A DNA stretch of 63,151 nt, the filler included, from Hausera hauseri (lineage: Eukaryota): NCBI GenBank assembly GCA_046269625.1. It is 9 parts of 9 records of this genome, joined end to end, with 100 filler letters (N's around TTAATTAATTAA, not from the genome) between each part and the next. Parts side by side here need not be neighbours in the genome. Positions count along the whole stretch, not along the records: positions 29,463 to 37,012 come from JBJURY010007234.1; positions 37,113 to 44,386 come from JBJURY010025564.1; 7 more parts are not named here. One strand, written 5' to 3'. The position numbers and the translations under genes are program-made. The notes beneath the pieces are model-generated. The model made no database searches. It was not told the DNA's origin and was given only the letters and a program-made list of their open reading frames with translations. Shown here in pieces: positions 31,771 through 44,486 of this stretch. Numbering within the stretch: position 1 is the stretch's first letter; each line of letters begins with the position of its first letter.

Positions 31771-33709
31771 GGGGAAGAGATAATGCTGAACAAGAAGAAG
31801 CATCGAAAGCTGATGCTTTTAAATGAATACATCTTTCGAATGGACAAAAAAGGAATTGGAAGGCCTGTATGCGTTGTTAATCATTACGTATCAAATTATA
31901 TGTAATATATTGTAAAATAAAACAACCGGTGTGGTGCCCACATTCACCCAATGGGTGATTTGTTTAAAAAACTTTTTTCGTTTGAATAATCAAAAAAATA
32001 AGACTTTTGTGTTTGTCGTTCGACAGTCTTTACAAAAAACAATTGTCTTATAATTGCATGAATTTCTATTAGAGTTTGATGCATTTACTAAGTTATAAAG
32101 GAATTATTTAATGATAACATGCCACAAAAGAGTAGCCAGAATAGAGAATTTATTGGTGATCGCTTAGATACGATACGACATGGATTTAATGAAATTCCAG
32201 TTAAGACAAACACAAACCATTTGAATGATGCTAAATCGGAAGTTTTAACAACGAATCATGCTCCAACACCGATTGTAAGCCGAACCGCTCATTGGAAAAA
32301 TGTTTCCGTTTACAGTTATTGCCGATCGAATAACGATGAAAATACCATTGTTGCTTTTAATCAGTTTGAAGTGTCGGAGTTTTCAATTCTGTCATTGACA
32401 ACAAATCGTCGTTGACACAGAACTGGATGTCTTGTCAGAATTCATTAAATTACTCTCCCGAAGTGAAACGGAATACGGATATTATTTTTGAGGAAAAATT
32501 GCAGTATGATGTTGGCAATGCGAAAATTTATAAAAATGGAGCAGTTAAAGTCTGATGATGATATTCTTGGTGATTTGTACGTCATTACTGAATATCCCCA
32601 AGAAGATGGACACTTTGTTACAATTACTGATCCAACGAGTAGGTAGCATTGGCGACAAAATTCAAATTGAAATTATGGGCAATTCAATGGAATATGAAAT
32701 TGAGGATCTTGATGTTGATGGAACTTATCTACAGATCCGTGTGTACGTTCAGAATTCTGATACGGTCAAGTCTAACGAAACGTTCGATGGTCAGCCGGTC
32801 CAATATATAATGGCCATCGATAGCATTGGGCCGAACGTGGAACAATCTGATGGTGGCGGTAATGAAGAAGAGTATGCTGTAGTTGAAAGAGCCGTGTTAA
32901 TCGATTCACGGAATAAACATTTGGCATAATTAACTGATAACCCTCACAACCGGATAGGACTCCAAAAATTACGGAAAGAGATAAACGAGTAATTGATTCC
33001 AAAGCAGTTAACAATAAAATATGTTCAGCTCAAATTACCGATGGTTGCTCGGCATGTTAAATGAATAGTGCACAAGGCAAAAATATCAAGTGGACAAGAG
33101 CAGTGAGGAAAAGGCATATAGAAGCTCGTGTTTAACTGTAAAACGAACGAAAAAGACAGAGTACGCCAAATGTGCCTGACAATGAAGGCAAAGGTAACTC
33201 AGTGTCAAGAATTTAATAAAACAAGCGCCTAGTTGTAACAAATGGATCCAATGAATCAGAAGAGCAAATATACCATCACGACCGATCAAGAGCTGATTTC
33301 GTACTTTGTTCATTGAAATGTTCTCCAAACACGAGTTGTTTATATAATATCTTTTTTTCAATTTTGTAATTGAAATTTCAATTCAAGTATAATTTTGAAT
33401 GGTGTGTACATCGTATGCAGTACTCAGTCATTCCTCAATTATTTCATCAATGGTTTGTGGATAATTTCGTTAATATTCTTACAATTTGCATCATTTTACA
33501 ATTGTGGCATTGAATTTCATTTCGTTGATTATCATTAAATACATTCGGCAAAAAGTGAGAAAACATTTATTAATAAAAAGCAGTGAGTAAAGTTGAATAT
33601 TCAATAAAACAATTCGCATAAAAGGAAGTAAAATGGAAAGTTATTTGTTTCTGTGTAAAAGATGAAATATAGGTTGAAGAAATTAAGCTAATAAGGTAAG
33701 TTACACAAG

Positions 33710-35402
33710 TTAGACCCTTGCCATATATTCTGGAAAGGGTCCATCCTTTAGCATGTTCTCATTAATATAACATTTCAATTGAGCTATTTGCCCATTTCTC
33801 GTTTCGTGACAACTGTTTTGTTTCAATATTGTTAATAGTAAAATTGCCGCACCAACACAAACTTCCTGGCTAATTTTACTATCAAAATACATCCACAGAA
33901 CTTCTGAATATTTTGTGCTAATATCTTCCTTGGTACAGAAATAAATGTTGCAAAGTAAACACAAAAGTATTGTTGAAAATCTTTTGGAAGAATTCGACGA
34001 ACAATTTTTATTCGACTTCAGCAACTCCATTAAAATGTTGTATGGTTCAAATTTCATGAAATTTTGGAAATCGACACCGGTTTCGAATTCATTTGGTCGA
34101 ATAACTCCAAGTGCCATGGTTAAGAGGTTCAATATACTTTTCTGAACAGTTGTAAGTGAGTCTTGTTTCAAACCATCACAAACGGACGACATGTGATTCG
34201 ATTTAAACCATCGCAATGCACTTCCTGCCATTATTATCTTGGCATTATCGAATCCGGGTATTTTCTGAATTTTACTGCAAATCTTTTGTAACTTATTGCC
34301 GTCCACTGCAATATCTGATCTTTTTACCGTTCCATCCGTGTTAAAAGATGTCTTTGTATAAGGTTTCATAGCTCCGATTGACTCATTTGATAGTGGATAT
34401 TCTCTTTGTTGAGAAATGTATTCTCATTTTCTCAACTTTGTTGTATTTTACATTTGTTTCTTTGATACATCAATTGTTTCGAAATTCTACTCGAGATGGG
34501 CTTTAGCGTTTTTTTTCCGCTTGACTAAACTGGGCCTTAAGTTTCGTAATTTTGTCTTCGAATTCGGCTTGGTCTTTGGTGAATTTTATTTTCTGATTTT
34601 CCAGCGCCTTTAATTTTGCCTTCAAATTTTCGCAATCATCTTTATACTTTTCCACGTCATCAGAATTTTTTCAAGATTTTTCTTATATTCTTTCAGTTCC
34701 TTAGTTAATTATCTAACTTTAGCTTCCAGTTGAACCTTTTCCTTTGCGAAATCATCCAATTCTTCTTTGCTAGACTTAACTTCGTTTTTCAATTTATTAA
34801 TATCTCTCATCAACTTTTTGTTGGCCGACTCTTTTTTATCAATCTGATTCTCCAGTTTAGTTGTTTGGGTATCTTTTGATCTAAGCCCCTCTCGTTTATC
34901 TTTGAGCGTATTAGACAATACATAGAGAGTTTCATCCACCGTTGAATTTTTATCATTTTCTAATGATTCAAGTTTGTTTTCTAAATTTTCTTTTATCTCG
35001 GTTAAAATGCTCGATTTGTTTTTCTAATTTTTCTTTAGTCGCCTTCAATTCATCATTTTCTTTTATTTTCTCAACAAGAATCTCTCTATAATTGTTATTA
35101 GCAGTTACGCTCTTTTTAAGTTGTGCGATGTCTTTTTCCTTTTGGGCAATATAGCCGTTTAATTTTTCAATTTTACCTTGCAACTGATTGTTTTTTTCGT
35201 CCTTGTTGGATAAATTAGGTCTATTGCTCTTTAATTTCTTTTCTAATACTGAAATAGTCTCTTTTAATTCTAAAACTTCTTTGTTGAGTTGGTCAACCTC
35301 AGTCTTCCATTTATCTATTTCGACCAGTGATTCTCTTAGTGTGCCTCTTTCTGTCAATTTGAGTCCGATTGGGTTTTGTTGTTGTATTATTCTTACATCC
35401 AT
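33710..35402 (-). pseudogene. Frameshifted coiled-coil gag-like gene running into a host-like helical fragment
   Basis: Long K/E heptad ORFs (34968-35402, 34709-34939), then a MAGSALRWF gag-like motif; lies downstream of the LTR-like repeat. Confidence 0.45.
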
Positions 35403-35479
35403 CTTGTTAGCAAGGTAATCCTCGTCATTGTCTAGATTAGTATTTGCAAAGACCTTCTAACGGCCTTCAACTCTCTGTG

Positions 35480-35752
35480 AACTATGATTATTCTCGCTCT
35501 CCGGTTTTCCGAACCCTGCCAGGGTCATGTCACACTCACATTTATTTTGCACACTCTGTCTTTATATTATGCACACTCATCAACATCTCATACATTCCAT
35601 ACAATCCTTATTTTTATACAACTTCTCATGCACCATGCAGCTAACATTTGAACATGCAAACATACATATATACACTATATATGATTTTATATATATACAT
35701 TATATACATCTCCTATACCTCTCCCGTTGAAGTTCGACCGGATTCCCCAACT
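35480..35752 (-). repeat. LTR-like terminal repeat, same family start as 27390
   Basis: AGTTGGGGAATCCGG start, TGTATA-rich body, AATAAA. Confidence 0.45.
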
Positions 35753-35799
35753 AGTCCGTCGGGTTCCAACAGCATATGACTGTGGCAAATTGGTATCTA

Positions 35800-37012
35800 T
35801 ACCAAATAACATTACATGTATTTATCGTGAACGTGGTTTACATGGTGCTTATAAAAAGTGTTTAGCGTTATGTCAAAGTTATGTTGTTGAAAAATAAATG
35901 TGTTATGAAATTAGTTGGCCTTATCCTATATCCCACATTACTTGATCAAGAAGACAACACGATATTTTTATAAGATTTATTAATACAAAAAATACAACAC
36001 GTCATAACAAAGATATTTACGTTAATTCAACATGCCCGTGAGGTAGAGTGCTTATTCCATCACCCAGGATCTGCCTTTTGTCATCCATCCAATCTAGGCT
36101 TTTCTTCTGTAATGATACTGTCTCAATGTTATGAGCCCTAGACTGGATCCTTCGCACTTCTGATATGACACGAGTCTGCTCAAGAAGAACTCTCACATAG
36201 TCATTAAAGCCAATCTTCTTGGCTCAGGTCGCCATTTGAACCCCTTTAGCTCGCTTCTTTACTTGACCACATGCATCAAGGGTATACATTTTGGACTTAA
36301 GAGCCACAAATTTCGAGATGATTGCTCCATTCACCTCGTCTTTGAATTTCCCAAGAACCTTCTTGTTGGCGACTGAATAGTTGGGATGGTCCTTCGGTTA
36401 GTCAGACGTATCCATATGCTGAGAAAACTTAGCAAAGTCCTCATAAATGTCCTCAGTATAGATCTGATAGATGAAACTATCAGTACCCATGTACATCAGC
36501 TGTATAAACTTGAATATGGGGACCATGGTGTCATAGTGGAATTTGTACGTCAAGGTCTTTGACAGGTCGAGTATTGCCATACCCACATATATGGGTTTGT
36601 TGAATTGCAAGGATGTTTTCAGCATATGGATGCTGATCAAGTTCTCAGCATATATGATGCTGCTGTGGAAATTGGGCTTGGAAAAAGCTTTTTTGCCCGC
36701 TTCCACTCAGAGACCAGTTTGATGTTGATCCTGTTGCAGATATTCTCTGTGGTCTTGCCAAAACGCTGTTGTTATATATCTTGAACTGGTTCTTCTCAAA
36801 ATCGTTATTGGCATTTGTCCGCAGCTTGATATTGATGTCTATGTATGGTTGCAGCCAGATGGACTGGCTGAACTGCAGGGCCCGATGGGTCTTAGTAATG
36901 TGGAGTCCATTCCTGACCGCTGGATGGAGATTTATATAGTGGAATACATACCTCTCCCTACGATCCAGATGGCAGAGCAGCTTTCTATGCTTTCAATGAG
37001 AAGGAGGCTTAC
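35800..37012 (-). mobile_element. Protein-primed family B DNA polymerase pseudogene, C-terminal part + 3' flank (Polinton/adintovirus-like)
   Basis: NDFEKNQFK, NKPIYVGMAILDLSKT, YMGTDS, MDTSD, LGKFKDE, ALKSKMY, DDKR. The flank is homologous to 49050-49640. Confidence 0.9.
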
Positions 37013-37112
37013 NNNNNNNNNNNNNNNNNNNNNNNNNNNNNNNNNNNNNNNNNNNNTTAATTAATTAANNNNNNNNNNNNNNNNNNNNNNNNNNNNNNNN
37101 NNNNNNNNNNNN
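37013..37112. other. Artificial contig linker
   Basis: 44N-TTAATTAATTAA-44N. Confidence 0.99.
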
Positions 37113-38346
37113 AGGCTACGACGAATACGAATATTTCTCGACCAAGAGTAGTGTTAGGTGCAGCAAGGACGCTGCTGGCGTATTCCAACCAAGAGCTAAG
37201 AAAGTCCCTAACTGAAGATGCGACGATTAAGTCGGTCATGATGGGTCTTGAGCACCTGGAGGAGTACTTCAAGGAGGGCTCAGATCCGAGGAGAAAGAGT
37301 AAAGAGGAGGTGAGGAAGTTGTCCATCCCGAGGAAGAAATTGTGGAGGCATGAGAAGAGGCTTAAGATGGTGAATGGGTTGCTATACAGGCAGGTTAAAT
37401 TACCTGGAGGACCTGTTACTCTGCAGCTGGTGGTCCCTGAGACTCTGAAATTTAGGATGCTAGACTCGGTCCACAAGGTGGGACACCAGTGTGGGGAGAA
37501 ACTGGTGCAGTTACTCCGGAAGAGATGCTTCTGGGTTGGCATGGAGGCCGAGGTGAACATGTTATGCAAGAGCTGTACACGGTGCAATGTGGCAAAAACT
37601 CCACAACTGAAACTGCATGGTCCAGTTGGAAGCCTAACAGCAACGAAGCCATTGGAGTGAGCGCAATTGATTTCACGTTTCTGGGACGTGACTTCAAAGG
37701 GTATGACAACTCAACATCGCACGCAGCAATGGGTCATTCGCCTTATCACTTGCTCTATGATCGGAAACCGAGACTGCCCAGCGATTTCATTCTCGCCACG
37801 GAAACCGAAGAAACATCGGTTTCGGCAGATAAATGGCTGTAAAGCCACTTGTGTAGGCTACGAGAAGCACACAAGAGAGCAAGTGAGCAAATGCAAAGGG
37901 CGGTGGCCAAGCGCAAACAACACGCTGACGGTCTGCCCCAAGCAGTTCCATTACAGGTGGGTGAACGAGTGAGAAAACGACTACATCATGCAGGTCGTTC
38001 AAAGATCCAAGACATGTGGTCAGCAGATGTATTTGTGGTGGTTAGGGCTCCTACAATGGCAGGAGGTCCCTACGTGATACAACGTGCTGATGGTCTTGGG
38101 GAGACCATGCGAGTGACTGCACATGAGTTGCTCCGCAGTGAACAGCACAATGATGAAATGTTAACTGTACAGGAAGAACTGTTTCCGGTACCACAGGATA
38201 TGCCAGGTATCGATGCTGAACCAGATGGTCAAGTCCAACAGTCATTGAACCCAGGATTATATGAGCTGATTCCTGCGGAAGGTGAGACGAGTGTCAGACG
38301 ATCAGCGCGAGTTCAAGGTAGGACAAAATTTACTCCATTTTTATAA
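37113..38346 (+). pseudogene. Gypsy integrase remnant with catalytic core deleted
   Basis: HHCC intact. After IDFT...KGYD it jumps to NSTSHAAMGHSPY; C-terminus VRRSAR. Confidence 0.88.
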
Positions 38347-38595
38347 CAAGGATAATCACTAACATTCAGAGACTTGTGTAGATGGTGATTGATCACCAGT
38401 AATACCAGTGATTGACTTTATGAACTATTAGTTAATAACAATTCTAGAGAATCCAGAAACTAGGCTTACTCCATTTTTGTAACGAAGATAGTCACTAACA
38501 TCCAGAGACTTGTGCATATTGTGATTGGTCACTAGTGATACCAGTGATTGACTTTAAGAACTATTAGTTAGTAAAAATTCGAGAGAATCCAGAAA
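38325..38595 (+). repeat. ~135-bp imperfect direct duplication in the Gypsy 3' UTR
   Basis: TTACTCCATTTTT...CAGAGACTTGTG...GAGAATCCAGAAA occurs twice. Confidence 0.85.
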
Positions 38596-38803
38596 ATTGT
38601 TTGAGAAATGGACAGAGATACAGAAGTGTATGTCATGGACAGAATAGTTTAGATGTTCTGTTTTTGATTTGTGTTTGTTAATGGATATGACATGATTTAA
38701 AGGTGTTTAGGTAGTACTGTAGCAACAGAGAATGACACAGGGTGAGAAATATTGTGTCATTGAGGTTAGTTGTCGGGACGCCAACAAAATCAGAGGGGCA
38801 ACA

Positions 38804-40325
38804 TGTAGTGGGGTGGAAAATTATAAGTATTTGTTAGCCATGGGTAGTTGCCAAAAACACGAACTTCGTTTTGGACGTAGTTAACTCTTCAGTGTCTGGA
38901 GGTGGACAGCGCAACGGCGCGCACCGGAACGTGAGATGAACCCTAGTTCCGGTTTGCGACTAGAGAGGTCTTTTCAAATCTAGTCACTGAACAAGTAAGA
39001 CGCCAGCCGTCTAAATCGAGAGCAATCGTAAGTGTTAATAAGATTTAAGATGCTGTTTTAGTTAGAATACGTGTTTTCGATACATATGAGTTTGATAAGG
39101 AGAGATATTGTTAGGATTATGAATGAAACTCTGATAGTTACAAGGGGATTAACCATCCCATATGGGCATCTCTAGTTATGAGGGTAATGTTGTTGTCTAA
39201 GAAGACATGTGGCGCAGTATGTGCATAGAATGGTATTAATATTATGAATATCTACTCGGTGATCCAAGTTTAGTAGACTTGTGAGAGAGCTACATGATGT
39301 GTGATTATTAATATTCCTATACTTGTTAATATTGTGGCCACTGCGATGTCTAGAGACACGCTGGAGTGGTTTGTTTCCATGTTGTAAGAGATCAGTAGTG
39401 GGTTTCGGTAATCTTTTATTGTGTACCACGTGTAGGAGTCTACCGTGCGGAATGTACACATTATGATCTAGACGACATTGGGTGTAAATAAGGTTACGAT
39501 TGTTTATTCTCGGTAATTAATATTAGTTGTGTCTATATTATATTGTGTTTATTGATTGTGATCACGGCTGAGAGTGGTTGTATGCCATGATGCAAGGTCG
39601 CAGTTTGGCAGTGATTGCTTTATAGCATTATTGCAAATGAGAGAGTTCAGTGTGTAATATTGATTCAATGTATGTATATTGTTGTTTGAGGGGAATCGCC
39701 CCCCGGGCATTGTATTGAGGAAAACCCAGATGGGCCGTGCATGACTGTTTCAATAGCCGCATGGTACGGTCGCCATGTTGACTTCACATGGCTGGGCGGC
39801 CAATGGCTTATAGTAGACTGATAATTTGAGCTAGAGGCTCGGAATTAATGTAATGTTATTTCATATGGATGTTATATCAGGTCATGAGGCATATGTTGCC
39901 AATGGTGTAAATGGGAGTGTGATCGTTTGTGTGTCTTATGTGCGAGAGAAATGTAGGTAGTATGTGAGGTGACTGTAGATGCATGTCATTCACACAGTAG
40001 TAGTAGTTTGTTTCTTTTCTTCTTATCACAGCAGGTACCCTGCTGGGTGTTTTGTTAGGACAGTGTTAGGACTGTCCAGTACGATTGATTTGAGCAGCTG
40101 TTACCTACATTGCATGATCAATTCAACTGTAATTGTAATTGGATGCTAGAATAAAAGACACATTTAAATACAGGGTCTTCAGAATTTTCATTGTTGACCC
40201 CTGCCTCAAAACCTATGATCTAGAAGAAAGAGTGGTGTAATGTGAGAGACAGAAGACTGCACATAGTCTATGCATCAGTCGTTACAAGCGATCATATTAC
40301 CAACCCCACCCATACTATCACTTCA
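38804..40325 (+). repeat. ~1.5-kb LTR
   Basis: PPT-like AGAGGGG before TGTAGTG; ends CACTTCA (inverted terminus, 1 mismatch); PBS follows; AATAAA at 40150. Confidence 0.85.
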
Positions 40326-40328
40326 ATT

Positions 40329-40346
40329 TGGCGCTGCAAGCAGGAT
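40329..40346 (+). promoter_or_regulatory. Primer-binding site, tRNA-Ser-like
   Basis: TGGCGCTGCAAGCAGGAT, 3 nt after the LTR CA; resembles TGGCGCTGTGAGCAGGAT. Confidence 0.75.
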
Positions 40347-40430
40347 AGGCAGACTTTAAGCCGTGTCTGATAGCAACCTACACCCAAGAAGAACACCCAG
40401 CAGTACGGAAAACATTTCCTATCATACCTG

Positions 40431-41363
40431 ATGGAGACAAGAAATATGAAGGCTGTAAGAGCGGGAGCAAGTGATGGAGAATCAGCTCCAAGTCACGCGG
40501 CCCCCGCCGAAGATTTACCGGTAGAGGGAGCTGCAAACAATACAGTCATCAGGTACGTGATGGTACCTACGCAAACGGCGCTCAGACGGTTTGGTGGGGA
40601 GACAGGGCCATCGTTGGATGAGTTCATCCAGGGAGTGAGAGCGGCATGGCGAGCTGGGGTGATGAGTAAGCAGCAAAGGGCTGACGTCATCATGGAAAAT
40701 GTTACCGCCGACGTCAAGAGTGAGTTGAAGTTACAGGCGGTGACAGATGATCCTGAAGGAATGGTGGCTGTATTAGAAGAGGTCTATGGAGACCTGAGAT
40801 CATTACAAGAACTATCATCAGCTTTCCACACAATACGACAGGGCACGCGGGAGTCCGTTAGGGATTATTCCCATCGGCTGCATGGCGCGTTTGAAAGAGT
40901 GGTGGGGGCGCAAGAGAGGGGAAACATCACCCCTTAGCACCCATCGACACTGAGAGATCAGTTTATAGCGATGCTGAAAGACACTCTGACCCAGAAAATG
41001 TTGAAAGAAAGGGTTCTTCAAGAACCGGAGGCTTCTTTTCTTACAATCAGGGACTATGCCATGAGGTGGGTCGGTTATGATGACGTTCCTCGGGCACACG
41101 TGTCAGGGGTAGCTTACGACAACTCAGCCCACGTACCCGGGAGGAGTCAAGATGATTGGGAAGCGCTGAAAGCGGAGGTGGAGCAACTGAAGCAGCAGTT
41201 GGAAATGTCGAGGCGGCAACAGCGACAGACAGAAGCCCCGAGGCATGCAATAAGTCAAGCAGATGCACCACATCAGAGGCAACAGCGACGGCGGGAGGTC
41301 CGCTGTTTCCGCTGTAAAAGACTGGGTCACGTACAGAGGGAGTGCCAGGAGGCACTAAACTAG
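40431..41363 (+). pseudogene. gag: Gypsy gag with one in-frame TAG (40935-40937)
   Basis: RQGTRESVRDYSHRL, LRDQF, CFRCKRLGHVQREC knuckle; both ORFs are in the same frame. Confidence 0.9.
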
Positions 41364-44300
41364 ACCCCTCTGTGGCTCGGAGTCAGGTTGCAGAAGGGGA
41401 GCGAGTTGGCTCTAAGAAAATGGTTGGTGGGAGACCGGAGTGTGAGGCGGTGATAGGTGGAAAGAGGGTGAAGTGTATTTTGGACACTGGGTCCCAAGTC
41501 TCCACGATAACGGAGAGGTGTTTCCACGAGTCTTTCAGCCACTATAATCTCAACGAGAACAATTGGGTCCGTCTGACGGCAGCTAACGGCGTGGTGATAC
41601 CGTACATTGGGTACTTAGTAGTAGACATCAGAGTTGGCGACAAGTTGGTGCAGAACTGTGGTGTTTATGTGGTGAAGAGTATGTCCGAAGCAGACGAAAG
41701 AGTGCCCGGCATAATCGGTACTAATGTGCTGGCCGAGCTGCCGGATGTGCACAAGTTGTTACGTTGGAAGAAAGTGGATGAGGAAACAGGCCCAGAGAGA
41801 GTTAATGTATGGGTGGCAGGAAGAAGGAAAGTAAGGGTAGCAGCCCGGTCAATTACAGCCATCAGAGTAGCTTGTAGGAAAGGCTACGGGAAAGACCGAG
41901 TGGTGCTATTCGAGCCGTCCAGAAACCTAGACCACACAGGCTTAGTGCTGAGCCATACATTGACAGTAGTGAACGGAAGGTCTTGTGAAGTGCAAGTAAT
42001 AAATCTTGGCGAAGAGGATGTGTTCTTGTCGCCTGGTGTTCAGGTGGGTGAATTATCAGTGGGAGTGGGAGCCAATTATGATAGACACTTCAGGGTAATA
42101 GGTGCACAAGCCCTGGAAGTGTCAGCAAGCCCAAATCCTATGGAGAGAGGCAGAGATAATAACCTAGTGAACCTGAACGACTTTAAGGGCAATGATGAAG
42201 AGAAGTGTAAATTGCAAGAACTACTACTGAAATACCAGGATGTGTTTGCGAAGCATGAGACGGATGTGGGTTTCACCGACAGGGTGACTCACACAATTCA
42301 GTTAACAGATGAGGCACCGATTAAACAACCCTATAGACGTATCCCACCAGCGTTCTACAGAGAGGTGCAAGACCATCTGCAAGGTCTGTTAGACAAGCAG
42401 ATAATCAGGAAAAGTACGAGTCCTTGGGCTTCACCAGTAGTACTGGTCAGGAAGAAAGATGGCAGTTTGCGCCTATGTGTGGACTTTCGAGCAGTGAACG
42501 CAAAGACGAAAAGGGACGCCTATCCCTTACCGAGAGTGGAGGAGTTTTTGGATGCTTTGGGAGGGGCGAAGATCTTCTCGTCGCTTGATTTAGCCAGCGG
42601 CTATTACCAGGTAGCAATGGAGCCAGAGGATCAAGAGAAGACGGCCTTCACAACACCGTTTGGGCTGTATGAATACACCCGCATGCCCATGGGACTAGCA
42701 AATTCTGCTAGTACCTTCCAGAGGCTCATGCAAAGCTCCATGCACGACTTGATGTTTCAAGTGCTGCTTGTGTACCTAGACGATATCCTAGTGTACTCGA
42801 CGGACTTCGCTGACCACTTGAAGCGGTTGGAGAGGCTATTCAGCAGACTGCGAGAGTTGGGATTGAAGCTCAATGGAGCAAAATGTCGCTTTGGCCAGAC
42901 AAAAATTGAGTTTTTGGGCCACACCTTATCAGAGGAAGGTATTGGGACCATGAGTGATAAAATCCAAGCAGTTAGGGAAGCGGCTGTTCCAAAAACCCAG
43001 TCAGAGCTACGAGCGTTCTTGGGCTTAGCGAGTTATTACAGGAGGTTTGTGAAGGGCTTTGCTACTATATCCCGCCCACTACATGAACTGGTGGCGCGGC
43101 TGAATCAAGAACAGCCACGGTCTAGGCAGAAAGTGTCCACAACTGACTTTTGGACAGAAGAGTGTAGGGAAGCCTTCAACAACCTAAAGACAGCCCTGAC
43201 GTCCACACCATTGCTGGGTTTCCCTGACTTTACGAAACCATTCATCTTGGAAGTGGATGCTTCCTATCAAGGACTGGGAGCCGTACTATCACAAATTCAG
43301 GATAACAGGAGGAGGGTGTTGGCCTACGCAAGTCGTACATTGAGACCATCAGAACGGAATGCCAAAAGTAGCATGAAGTTGGAGTTGTTGAGCCTGAAAT
43401 GGGCTATGACCGAGAAGTTCAGAGGGTATTTGCTTGGTGCGCAAGTAGAAGTGTACACCGATAATAGGGGTCTAGCTCTGTGGCAGAAAGCAAAGCTAGG
43501 TGCGATTGAACAGAGGTGGGTGGCACAGATGTCTATGTTCAATTACACGATTAAGCACAAAGCAGGTCGGGCAAATGGTAATGCCGACTACCTCTCGAGA
43601 TATCCTTTGGAGGCACCGCAGAACAGAGATGATGAGGATGATGGTGATGTAGCAGTCAGTATGGTGATAGCAGGGCCAGATCGGCAGACATCACAAATCC
43701 CTCCTGAATTAGCCCTGGTGCAAACAGAAGCTGTGTTAGGCGTTACCAACGCAAGCAGAGTGAACAGTTCTAAAACAGAAACAGTGCTAGGTGATACCAG
43801 CGCCAGAGGTATAAACAGTTCGAGAGTAGAAGCAGTGGTGGGAGCGTCAACAATGCTACCTACCTATACAATCCAGGAATTGAGGCAATTCCAGACAGAG
43901 GATGTCACGATTAAGGCAATCGTGGACATAGTCGAAAAGAACACTAGATTGAGAGGCGAGGAGGTGAGGAAGCTGCCAGTCGAAATGAAAAAGCTATGGA
44001 GGCACGAGAGAAAATTGAAAGTAGTAAATGGACTGCTGTACAGAGAGGTTAAAATGCCAGGGGGATCTGTTACTCAACAGCTGGTGGTGCCCGAGTCCTT
44101 GAAGCTGAGAGTATTGGACTCAGTGCACAAAATGGGACACCAGGGGAGAGAACGGATGTTACAGTTGCTAAGAAAGAGGTGTTTCTGGGTGGGCATGACG
44201 GTCGACGCGGAGAACTTCTGCAAGAGTTGCAATCGGTGCAATGTAGCGAAAGCTCCACGCTTGAAACTGCGTGGTCCAGCAGGAAGTCTGACAGCATCAA

Positions 44301-44386
44301 AACCATTGGAAGTGGTTGCCATCGATTTCACGCTACTGGAGCGTGACTCCAAGGGTTATGAAAATGTGTTGGTGATCACAGATGTG
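41354..44386 (+). CDS. pol: Gypsy Pol (PR-RT-RH-IN), open to contig end
   Basis: ILDTGSQVS, SPWASPVVLV, DLASGYYQV, YLDD, VDAS, KLELL, YTDN, NADYLSR, HHCC, AIDF. Confidence 0.96.
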
Positions 44387-44486
44387 NNNNNNNNNNNNNN
44401 NNNNNNNNNNNNNNNNNNNNNNNNNNNNNNTTAATTAATTAANNNNNNNNNNNNNNNNNNNNNNNNNNNNNNNNNNNNNNNNNNNN
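44387..44486. other. Artificial contig linker
   Basis: 44N-TTAATTAATTAA-44N. Confidence 0.99.

Noticed and set aside
32555-32929. Fibronectin type III domain gene
   Set aside because: Only a partial Y.I.DL...Y..RV pattern; a gene model cannot be supported.
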